From NCBI GenBank assembly GCA_965209055.1, contig OZ242374.1, forward strand, positions 832,001-896,000: a DNA stretch of 64,000 nucleotides, in the 5' to 3' direction. The notes under the pieces were generated by a model. That model worked only from the letters and a program-made list of their open reading frames with translations, was not told the DNA's origin and did no database searches. Positions 52,712 to 61,332 of the stretch are shown in pieces. The stretch's first letter is position 1. The number at the start of each line of letters is the position of its first letter. Source of the DNA: Acidobacteriota bacterium. GTDB lineage: Bacteria; Acidobacteriota; UBA6911; RPQK01; JAJDTT01. Position numbers and translations under genes: made by a program.

Positions 52712-55492
52712 ATGAAAGGAAGACTGACCGGCCCCACAACCGGTTTATCGACTCTGCTCATGCTCGCCTTGATGTTACCCGCGTTCGGGCAACAGACAGG
52801 TGGACAGGAAGAACGATGCCTCGAGGTTCGGGTCCTGGACCCTTCCTCCGCCTCCATACAAGGCGCCACGGTCACCATCGGGGAACGGGAGGAGAGGACC
52901 GGCAACTCCGGCGTCGCCACATTCTGCGGTCTCGGTTCCGGGCCACACTGGGTCATCGTTTCGGCGGAGAACTTTCAGGTCGACGAAAGCTCCGTGGACC
53001 ATTCGGAGGGCATGGTCGCCATCACCCTCCAGGCCCTCCTGGAGACGGAGCTGGTGGTGGTCGGGAGCCGAGCCCAGCCGCGGTCGGTGACCGAATCTCC
53101 AGTCCCCATCGACGCCATCCCCCTGGAAGATGTCATCAGCCAAGGCTCAACCACCCTCGACTACCAGTTGCGCACACTGGTTCCCTCCTTCAACGTCGCC
53201 ACCCATCCCATCAGTGACGCCGCCACCCTGGTGCGGCCGGCCAGCCTGCGAAACCTGGCGCACGACCACACGCTGGTGCTGGTGAACGGCAAGCGCCGCC
53301 ACCGCTCGTCGGTCATCGCCTGGTTCGCCGGCGTCACGGACGGCGCGCAGGGTCCGGATATTTCGACGATTCCCGCCATCGCGCTGCGCCAGGTGGAGGT
53401 GCTGCGGGACGGCGCGTCGGCCCAATACGGCTCGGACGCCATCGCCGGCGTCATCAACTTCCTGCTCAAGGACGCCCGGGAGGGAGGCAGCGTCGAATTC
53501 AACACCGGCACCTACCACGCGGGGGACGGTGATTCCTACACCTTCGCCGGCAACGTGGGACTGCCGCTGGGCGAAACCGGCTTCGCCAACCTCAGCCTGG
53601 AGTACGGCAACTCCGACCCGACGAACCGAAGCGTGCAACGCGCCGACGCGGCGGCCCTCATCGCGGCCGGCAACACCCACGTGGCCGATCCGGCCCAGAT
53701 CTGGGGCAACCCGACCATCGAGGACGACGTGAAGTTTTTCGGCAACTTCGGCCACCTGTTCTCCAATGGCACACAGATCTACGGCCACACCAATTTCGCG
53801 GAGAAGAAGGTGACGGAGGGTTTCTATTTCCGGAATCCCAACAACCGGGCCAATATCTACAGCCTCGACGGCGGCGAGACCCTGATGGTCGCCGACCTGC
53901 TGGACGCGCGCGACGGCGTCGTGGACGGATCGGCAAACTGTCCCGTCGTGCGAATCACCGGCAACGTACCCGATCAGGAAGCCCTGGCGCGGGTGTCCGC
54001 AGACCCGAACTGCTTCTCCTTCCGGGAGTTGTTCCCAGGCGGCTTTACACCCCAGTTCGGCGGCGTGGTCACCGACATGTCGGTGGTGGGAGGCGTCCGT
54101 GGAGTCCTTGCCAACGGGCTGAACTGGGACGCCAGCGCCAGCTACGGCGCCCACGAGTCGGATTTCTTCTTCAAGAACACCGTCAACGCCTCGCTCGGAC
54201 CCGAAACTCCCACGGAATTCGATCCGGGCCTCTACCGCCAGGAGGACGTGAACCTCAATTTCGACGTCTCCTACGCCGCGACCGACATGATCAACATCGC
54301 CGCCGGCAGCGAGTGGCGAAACGAGCGTTTCGAGATCGGCGCCGGCGGCCGACCGTCCTGGGAGGTGGGACCGTACGCGGCCCAGGGATTCGTCTCCGGC
54401 TCCAACGGATTTCCGGGATTCCCCGACTATACGGCCGGCGCCTGGAATCGCAGCAACGTGGCGCTCTACGGCGACCTGGAACTGCGGGACCCGGGGGACC
54501 GGTGGACGGTGGGCGGCGCCCTCCGGTTCGAGCACTTCGACCTCTTCGGCTCCACGACCAACGGGAAGCTGTCCGCCCGCTTCGGGTTGAGCGACGCGGT
54601 TTCGGTGCGGGGCGGCGTCAGCACCGGGTTCCGCGCTCCGACGCCCGGCCAGCAGAATACGCTCAACGTGCAGACCACCATCGACCCGGACACTCTGCAA
54701 CTGGTCGACAGCGCCAACGTGCCCTCGACTTTTCTTGCGGCGGAGCTGAAGGGGGGCAAACCGCTGGAGCCGGAGACGTCGGTCAACACCACGGCCGGGC
54801 TGGTGATCGACAACGGACCATTCACGCTGACGGCTGACTACTTCCGCGTCGACCTCTCCAACCGCCTCGCTCTTTCGCAAACGTTCACCCTCACGGAGGA
54901 CGAACGGGCGCTGCTGATCTCGGAGGGAATCGCCTCGGCCGGCACGCTGGCCTTCTTCCGGTTCTTCATCAACGATTTCTCGAGCCGGAACCAGGGAATC
55001 GACCTGGTCTCGACCTATACTCCGCCCGGGTTGGGCGGCGGCACGGTGCTCAGTTTCGCCATGAACTACACCCACACGGAACTGACGGAAGAATCGGAGC
55101 TCCTCACCCCCGGCGACGTCCTGGGCCTGCAGCGCGGCGTGCCCCGGATCCGCTGGAACGCCGCCGTCAACCAGAGGGTGGGCCGGGTCGGCCTGCTGGG
55201 CCGCCTGAACTACTTCGGGTCATGGGTCGATCATTTCGACGCCAGGTTCGTCCGAGGCGCCGACTCGCCACTTCTGGAGGGCCGCACCATCGTCGACCTG
55301 GAGGCGAGCATCCGGTTCGGAGAAGGCGTGACCTTGGCATTTGGCGGCCAGAACGTGTTCAACACATTCTCCCAACGGATGGACCTCTTCGCCGACATCT
55401 TCGGGCTCCCCTACAGCCAGTTCACCCCCTGGGGCCTGAGCGGCGGCTACTACTACGCCCGCCTCAACTATTCGTGGGGAAGCAGTTTCTAG
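52712..55492 (+). CDS. TonB-dependent receptor
   Basis: Signal peptide; VVVGSR TonB-box region; EVLRDGASAQYGSDAIAGVINF plug; terminal F. Confidence 0.92.
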   Translation: MKGRLTGPTTGLSTLLMLALMLPAFGQQTGGQEERCLEVRVLDPSSASIQGATVTIGEREERTGNSGVATFCGLGSGPHWVIVSAENFQVDESSVDHSEGMVAITLQALLETELVVVGSRAQPRSVTESPVPIDAIPLEDVISQGSTTLDYQLRTLVPSFNVATHPISDAATLVRPASLRNLAHDHTLVLVNGKRRHRSSVIAWFAGVTDGAQGPDISTIPAIALRQVEVLRDGASAQYGSDAIAGVINFLLKDAREGGSVEFNTGTYHAGDGDSYTFAGNVGLPLGETGFANLSLEYGNSDPTNRSVQRADAAALIAAGNTHVADPAQIWGNPTIEDDVKFFGNFGHLFSNGTQIYGHTNFAEKKVTEGFYFRNPNNRANIYSLDGGETLMVADLLDARDGVVDGSANCPVVRITGNVPDQEALARVSADPNCFSFRELFPGGFTPQFGGVVTDMSVVGGVRGVLANGLNWDASASYGAHESDFFFKNTVNASLGPETPTEFDPGLYRQEDVNLNFDVSYAATDMINIAAGSEWRNERFEIGAGGRPSWEVGPYAAQGFVSGSNGFPGFPDYTAGAWNRSNVALYGDLELRDPGDRWTVGGALRFEHFDLFGSTTNGKLSARFGLSDAVSVRGGVSTGFRAPTPGQQNTLNVQTTIDPDTLQLVDSANVPSTFLAAELKGGKPLEPETSVNTTAGLVIDNGPFTLTADYFRVDLSNRLALSQTFTLTEDERALLISEGIASAGTLAFFRFFINDFSSRNQGIDLVSTYTPPGLGGGTVLSFAMNYTHTELTEESELLTPGDVLGLQRGVPRIRWNAAVNQRVGRVGLLGRLNYFGSWVDHFDARFVRGADSPLLEGRTIVDLEASIRFGEGVTLAFGGQNVFNTFSQRMDLFADIFGLPYSQFTPWGLSGGYYYARLNYSWGSSF

Positions 55493-55647
55493 GCGTCAGT
55501 CGAGGATCCCTGCAGCGGCAATCTGGGCTGGTTTCGACCGCTTCCTTACACTCCGGTTCATATGTACCCGGCCATACGCCTGACCTCATTTGGATCGGGT
55601 GCATTTCGGCGAGAAAAACAAGACTGCAAACGAAGACTCGAATCTCA

Positions 55648-56856
55648 TCACGGACCCACCCAGCTTTCTATCGGTTTCGACAGGAATTCTTCTACACTGA
55701 TGCCATCCCACCCGATCAACAAGCGACGGGTCGGGTGAAATACTTTGGTGAAGGCTGCCATTCCCGGCAGTGACTGGCGACCGCTGGTGCTTTTGACTTC
55801 AATCGCCGTTAGCGTCCGGCCGGCACTTGCGACGAAATCGACCTCGCGGTTTCGGTCTCGCCAGTAGAAGACCTGGCAGGAGCCGGCAGCTGCCGCATTC
55901 GCCAGATGAGCCCCAACGGCTGACTCAACCAGTCTTCCCCAGAACTCGGTGTCTGCGCGGGCCTGCTGCAGAGTGAGGCCGCAACCGGACGTCATCAGGG
56001 CCGTGTTGAGGACCTGCAACTTCGGGCTGGAGCTTCTTCGGCGAACAGCAGCACCGGCTTACTTCTGCAGACCGGTCAGCATGCCGGCACCCGCCAACAG
56101 ATCGAGGTAGTGAGCGAGGGTCGTGGTGTTCCCGGCATCCTGGAGCTGCCCCAGCATCTTGGTGTAGGAAAGGATCTGACCCGAATACGTACAGCCCAAT
56201 TCGAACAACCGTCTCAACAGGGCGGGTTTATCCACCCGGGAGAGCAGCAGGACGTCCCGGGAGATGGTGGTTTCGATGAGCGAGTCGCGGATGTAACGTG
56301 ACCACCGTTCCGGCTCTTTGATCAGCGGAGCTGCGCCGGGATAGGCGCCGTAGAACAGGAATTCCTCCAAGGACCAACCGAAGGCGGTCTGCATCTCGGG
56401 GAATTCCCAGTGCGGCAGATGCAGTATTTCGAATCGTCCGGCCAGACTTTCGGTGAGGCTCCGGCCGATCAGGAGCGGCGCCGAACCGGTCAACACCACC
56501 TTGAGCCGGCGCCCGCGCCGCGTATCTTCATCCCACAGGCGCTTTACGGCCTCGGCCCAGTGGGGCGCCTTCTGCGCTTCGTCCAGTACGAAAAGAGCAC
56601 CCCCGGCTTTCGCACCGCCAGCCAGGAGCCGCGCAACATCCCACTGTCCGGCGATCCAATCCGGGCCGCGCAAAGTCGGCTCATCGGCGCTGGCATAGTG
56701 ATGGGGCAAACCGCACTGTTCGGCGACTTGTGTGACCAGGGTGGTCTTGCCGACTTGGCGAGCCCCGGTGACGATCTGGAGGAAACGGCGCGGTTCGCGT
56801 AGACGAGAGTGTAATTCCGCAGCATGAGGGCGCGTATATCCCAAATTACTCAACAC
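55648..56856 (-). pseudogene. AAA_14 ATPase / DUF4143 protein interrupted by an in-frame TAA
   Basis: GARQVGKTT Walker A, LDEAQ Walker B, EVDF..AIEVKS. The two ORFs are in frame, separated by TAA at 56059-56061 (LQK*AGAAVRRRSSSPKLQV). Confidence 0.85.
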
Positions 56857-56888
56857 AATGAGTAATATTACTCTTTCTATTGAGTAAT
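56845..56888. promoter_or_regulatory. Two abutting ATTACTC(A/T)-N6-TGAGTAAT palindromes over the ATPase start
   Basis: attactca-acacaa-tgagtaat followed directly by attactct-ttctat-tgagtaat. Confidence 0.65.
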
Positions 56889-57036
56889 TGGAAACGATAG
56901 TCCGACAATCTTCATCGGTGACCGGAGTCTAAAACCAGCCGGCGGGCAGCAACGATTCCGAACCTGGATCACTTTGGCGACAGGTTGCCGTCGGCAGCGT
57001 CTATTGCCGCCCAGCTTTGCCCCTGCAGGCGGAACC

Positions 57037-57537
57037 TCAGGGCCAATAGCCATCGAAGTTGAAGGAAATGAGCGCCCCTTTCCATCCATCGGGTCCCCGC
57101 TTCCAGATGAAGATCACCTTGCCCCGCCGGCTTTGTTTCTCGCCTCCGGCGGACGGACTCGACTCCAGCAGGTAGACCCCGTTCTCGAAGGCCCAGTCGC
57201 TGGCTACGGTCTTGGACCCGGTGAAGGCGAAATCGTGGATCCGGTGCTCCTGCAGGAACCTTCGGGCCCAGACGGCCACCTCCTGCCGCGACGAGATCGT
57301 CGGTTGCTGCGGGGGCATGACGGCCACGCCCGCGTCCAGGTGGGATCGGATCCATTCCTCGACTCCTCCTTCGTTCATGGCGCGAATGAAGGCGGATCGC
57401 ATGCGGCCCAACTGGGCCCGGTCCTCCTCCAGGCCGGGTCTCGGACCCGCCTCGGGCATCGGGGTCTGGAGTCCGCCGGTACACGCGCAATGGAGAGTCG
57501 CGGCAAGGACGAAGATTCGTTTCAAAAGGTGTTTCAT
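57037..57537 (-). CDS. NTF2-like / DUF4440 putative lipoprotein
   Basis: GGGAG SD; signal with Cys; MPPQQP.I, DWAFE.G.Y, GK.IFIWKR.PDGWK. Confidence 0.75.
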   Translation of the reverse strand: MKHLLKRIFVLAATLHCACTGGLQTPMPEAGPRPGLEEDRAQLGRMRSAFIRAMNEGGVEEWIRSHLDAGVAVMPPQQPTISSRQEVAVWARRFLQEHRIHDFAFTGSKTVASDWAFENGVYLLESSPSAGGEKQSRRGKVIFIWKRGPDGWKGALISFNFDGYWP

Positions 57538-57789
57538 CTTGGTCTCCCACGCTCGGCCCGGCGTCCTCCGTCCAGGGACCCAGGGAGAGCTGTTTCGTGC
57601 TCCCCGCATGCAGCCGAGACTCTCCGCCCCCGAGGAGAGACCAGCAACTCAACGCAGCGGCCAGCACCAGATGCAGGCAACGAGTTTCCGACTGGAGCCC
57701 ACGGCCCTGGGGCAGGTCTCACAGAGACTACACTTGGGGCTGTGGTGTTCCTATACTCACCCCGACGGACACCTGCCGGGAGGGTTTCG

Positions 57790-59448
57790 ATGGACAAGTT
57801 TTTCCGCCTGATACCGACCCTTGTCGTGATTTTCGTGACGTCGAGTTGCGCCGTCCAAAAGCCGTCCTCTTCCGAGACCCGCGGCGAAACCCGGCGCCAA
57901 GGCCAATTGCGGCTCCTCTTGAACAGTGACGGCGGCGACAGCGCGTTGATGGCCTTCGAGCCGCCCATCACTCCGGGCCAGCTCTGCCGGGTGGTGAACG
58001 AGGCCGAAGGAACCCAAGTGGACGTCTTCATCCAATGCGTCCAGTGGAGCGACGAGCAGATGCTCTATCCCACCCGGGTCGCCGAAGTTTATGCCAAGCC
58101 CATCAGCGAGGAACACGAGCGGGACTTCGAGGAGTATCCCGGAATCCGGCGCTGGGCCCGGAACGTCGGCTCCTTGCTGGACGCGGGCCGGGACCCCCTG
58201 GAGATCTGGAGCCGGCGGAGCCATGAGGCGGGAATGCAATTCTGGCCCAGCCTGAGGATGAACGACATTCACAAGGACTGGTCGGAGCGTTGGCCCTCCT
58301 TCCGGAGCCGGTGGGAACGGGACAATTCTCATGTGCGGCTCGGATCCGCCGTCCCCGACCGTTATCTGCACCAGGCGAACCGCTCGCCCCAACCCTCTCA
58401 CGGCTACTCCTGGGCCATGGACTACGCCTTGGAAGAAGTTCGGACCCGAAAGCTGGCCATCATCGCGGAAGTGTGCGCCGACTACGACGTGGACGGCTTC
58501 GAAATGGATTTCCTGAGCCACCCCTACTACTTCAAAAAGGGACAGGAAGCCCATGGCCTGCCCTTGATGAACGATTTCGTGCGCCAGGTCCGCGCGCGGC
58601 TGGACGAGATCGGCCGGGCCAAGGGGCGCAAGCTGACGCTCATGGCGCGGGTCCTCCCTTCTTTGGAACTCAACCGGAAGATCGGGCTGGACCTCCCCAC
58701 CTGGATCCGGGAGGGGTGGGTGGACCTGATCGCGCCGGCGACCCGAGGCTACCTGGACATCTCGGCGGACCTGACTCCTTTCGTGGAGTTGGCCGGGGGG
58801 ACCGGTGTCGAGATCTCCGGGGGCCTGTCCGACCTCTACGTGCGAGATTACACCGGACAGAAGACCGGCCGGGCCACCATCGAAATGCTGCGGGCGGCAG
58901 CGTCGGCCGCCTGGCAGTCCGGCGTGACGAGCCTGCACCTGTTCAACTACGACTGCCACGCCACCGGCAAGGGCAAACCGGGAGTGCTCTTCAGTCCCGG
59001 CGAGCTTCAGGCTCTGAAGGAGATCGGAGATCCCTCCGTGATCGCCCGCAAGGACAAGCACTATTACGTGACTCGCGAAATGGGGGGGCTGACCCCGGAG
59101 GCGGGAGGTGAGATGCAGCTTCCGACGGAGATGGTCCGGGGCGACACCCGGGAACTCCGGTTCCTGGTGGGGGACGACGTGGCGGCGGCCCGTGAGGAGG
59201 GAACTCTGGAATCCACCTCCCTGCTGGTCTCGCTGCGAGGATACGATCGCTGGGACGACGATATGAGGGTGCAGTTGAACGGCCGCAGGCTACGGGGAAG
59301 GTTCGAGGGGGGCGCTCTCCGTTTCGAGGGCGTGACCCCGAAGCGGGGAAAGAACCTGCTGTCGCTGAACCTCCGGAACCGGCCGGCTTCTCGACAGGCT
59401 CCCATCCGGGTCCAAGGCGTCGAACTGTTCATCGATTACCGGGATTGA
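57790..59448 (+). CDS. GHL10/DUF187-like TIM-barrel lipoprotein
   Basis: Lipobox TSSC; NSDG, SLRMNDIH, YDVDGFEMDF, LHLFNY motifs. Confidence 0.75.
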   Translation: MDKFFRLIPTLVVIFVTSSCAVQKPSSSETRGETRRQGQLRLLLNSDGGDSALMAFEPPITPGQLCRVVNEAEGTQVDVFIQCVQWSDEQMLYPTRVAEVYAKPISEEHERDFEEYPGIRRWARNVGSLLDAGRDPLEIWSRRSHEAGMQFWPSLRMNDIHKDWSERWPSFRSRWERDNSHVRLGSAVPDRYLHQANRSPQPSHGYSWAMDYALEEVRTRKLAIIAEVCADYDVDGFEMDFLSHPYYFKKGQEAHGLPLMNDFVRQVRARLDEIGRAKGRKLTLMARVLPSLELNRKIGLDLPTWIREGWVDLIAPATRGYLDISADLTPFVELAGGTGVEISGGLSDLYVRDYTGQKTGRATIEMLRAAASAAWQSGVTSLHLFNYDCHATGKGKPGVLFSPGELQALKEIGDPSVIARKDKHYYVTREMGGLTPEAGGEMQLPTEMVRGDTRELRFLVGDDVAAAREEGTLESTSLLVSLRGYDRWDDDMRVQLNGRRLRGRFEGGALRFEGVTPKRGKNLLSLNLRNRPASRQAPIRVQGVELFIDYRD

Positions 59449-59484
59449 AGAGGCGAAGGATCCGGCGGTCCAGGAGAGGTGGAG

Positions 59485-61155
59485 ATGAGACTCGTGAACG
59501 GAAAGGTGGCGGCCTGGGGACCGTTGGCTCTGCTCCTTCTCGGAAGCTGCGGAGGCGCCGGGCCCGAGCGGAACTCGATCGATTCAGAGGAATCGGAGGT
59601 GCCGTCCCCGAAGATGGCTCGCCTCTACCTCAACAGCGACGGGGGAAGCGGAGCCCTGTACGCGAACGGCCCTCCCATCACGCCCGATCAGGTCTGCCGC
59701 GTGGTCAACGAACTGGAAGGGACCCAGGTGGACGTCTTCATCCAGTGCGCATCGTATGGGACATACGTGCTCTATGACACTCAGGTCGGTGAAGTGTACG
59801 GCCGCGGAATGACCGAGTTCGAGAATCCCAACTTCGGGCGTTTGGCCCAAAACGTCTTGGGCCTCCTGGAACAGGGGACAGACCCCCTGGAGATCTGGGC
59901 GGCCCGGACCCACGAGCTGGGCATGAAATTCTGGGCCAGCCTCAGGATGAATGACATCCACAAGGACTGGGTCGACCGCTGGCCCTCGAAGCGGGGGCGG
60001 TGGGAGCGGGAGCGGCCACACGTGGCCATCGGCAAGGACGTCCCGGACCGTTACGTGAGCCTTTACGGACGGGATTTCAGCTACGCCTTCGACTACGCCC
60101 GGCAGGAGGTCAGGGACCTGAAATTCGGACTGGTGGAGGAGATCTGCCGCGACTACGACGTGGACGGCATCGAACTCGACTTCCTGAGCCACCCCATGGT
60201 CTTCAAGAAGGGGCAGGAGGAAGCGGGCATGCCCATCATGACCGGCTTCGTGCGGCGGATTCGCGACCGGCTGGAAGAGATCGGGCGCCGGAAGGGGCGC
60301 CGGATCACCCTCATGGTCCGGGTTCTGCCGACCGTGGGCCTGAACCGGGAGATCGGTTTCGACGTCGTGACCTGGATTCGGGAGGGACTGGTGGACGTGA
60401 TCGCTCCTGCCACTCGAGGTTACCTAGATATGAACCCGGATCTGGCCAGCTTCGTGGAGGCGGCCCGAGGGACGCAGGTTCAGGTGTTGGGCGGGATCTC
60501 GGACCTCTACGTCAGAGACTACACCGGCTCCAAGACGGGACGGGCCAGTCCGGAGATGATGCGCGCGGCGGCCCAGAGTTTTTGGGGGCAGGGCGTGAGC
60601 GGGCTGCACCTGTTCAACTTCGACTGCCACGCCAGCGGCATCCAGGGGCACAGTGCCGTCAATTCCTTGATCGATACCTCCCGGCAACCGCTCCTGAGTC
60701 CTGAAGAGCGGCAGATGCTGATGGAGATCGGCGATCCGGAGCTCATCTCGCGGAAGGACAAGCACTACTTCATCACCAGGGACATGGCGGGCCGGACGCC
60801 GGAGGAAGGGGGAGAGATGCCGCTTCCTGTCGATCTTGACGAGGGGCAGGAGACGAATCTTCGCCTTTTCGTGGGCGACGACGTGGAAGCCGCGAGTCAG
60901 GATGAGGTCCTGGAATCGCTGCGTCTGGTGGTGAGTTTGAACGCATACAGCCGGTGGGACGACGATTTGCGGTTGGTGCTGAATGGGCGGAGGTTGCGGG
61001 GAGAGATGGGAAACGGGCGGTTGCGCTTCGAGAATGCTCCTGTACGGCAAGGGCTCAATGAGCTGACGATTCGGCTGCGGCGACGGGGCGGGCGGGGCCC
61101 GCTCCAACCGGTGCGGGTTCAGGGGGTCGAGGTGTTCATTGACTACCGGATGTAG
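59485..61155 (+). CDS. GHL10/DUF187-like TIM-barrel lipoprotein (tandem paralog)
   Basis: Lipobox LGSC; SLRMNDIHKDW, YDVDGIELDF motifs. Confidence 0.75.
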   Translation: MRLVNGKVAAWGPLALLLLGSCGGAGPERNSIDSEESEVPSPKMARLYLNSDGGSGALYANGPPITPDQVCRVVNELEGTQVDVFIQCASYGTYVLYDTQVGEVYGRGMTEFENPNFGRLAQNVLGLLEQGTDPLEIWAARTHELGMKFWASLRMNDIHKDWVDRWPSKRGRWERERPHVAIGKDVPDRYVSLYGRDFSYAFDYARQEVRDLKFGLVEEICRDYDVDGIELDFLSHPMVFKKGQEEAGMPIMTGFVRRIRDRLEEIGRRKGRRITLMVRVLPTVGLNREIGFDVVTWIREGLVDVIAPATRGYLDMNPDLASFVEAARGTQVQVLGGISDLYVRDYTGSKTGRASPEMMRAAAQSFWGQGVSGLHLFNFDCHASGIQGHSAVNSLIDTSRQPLLSPEERQMLMEIGDPELISRKDKHYFITRDMAGRTPEEGGEMPLPVDLDEGQETNLRLFVGDDVEAASQDEVLESLRLVVSLNAYSRWDDDLRLVLNGRRLRGEMGNGRLRFENAPVRQGLNELTIRLRRRGGRGPLQPVRVQGVEVFIDYRM

Positions 61156-61195
61156 GGGCACCCGTGGGGGGTGAGATCTGAATGCGGGAAATGAA

Positions 61196-61331
61196 AAGGG
61201 GGGACTGTCGTCCCCCCTTGAACACCTCTGTTTGGCGACAGGATAACCGCCGCTCCCGGCGGCAGGAAAGCCGCCGGTCCTGGTCGGCGGCAAGAAAGCC
61301 GCCGCTCCCGGCGACAGGAATGTCGCCGCTC
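61196..61331. repeat. REP-like palindrome cluster (families B and A) between convergent genes
   Basis: aaggggggactgtcgtcccccctt plus four GGCG(G/A)CA(G/A)GA..GCCG units. Confidence 0.75.
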
Positions 61332-61332
61332 C

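Noticed and set aside
57540-57790. Riboswitch in the divergent intergenic region
   Set aside because: I could not recognise any aptamer consensus by eye. An Rfam scan would be needed.
61233-61331. CRISPR-like array (also 13809-13892 and 45351-45431)
   Set aside because: Units are degenerate palindromes with only a few nt between them, there are no unique 30-40 nt spacers and no cas genes. Interpreted as REP clusters.
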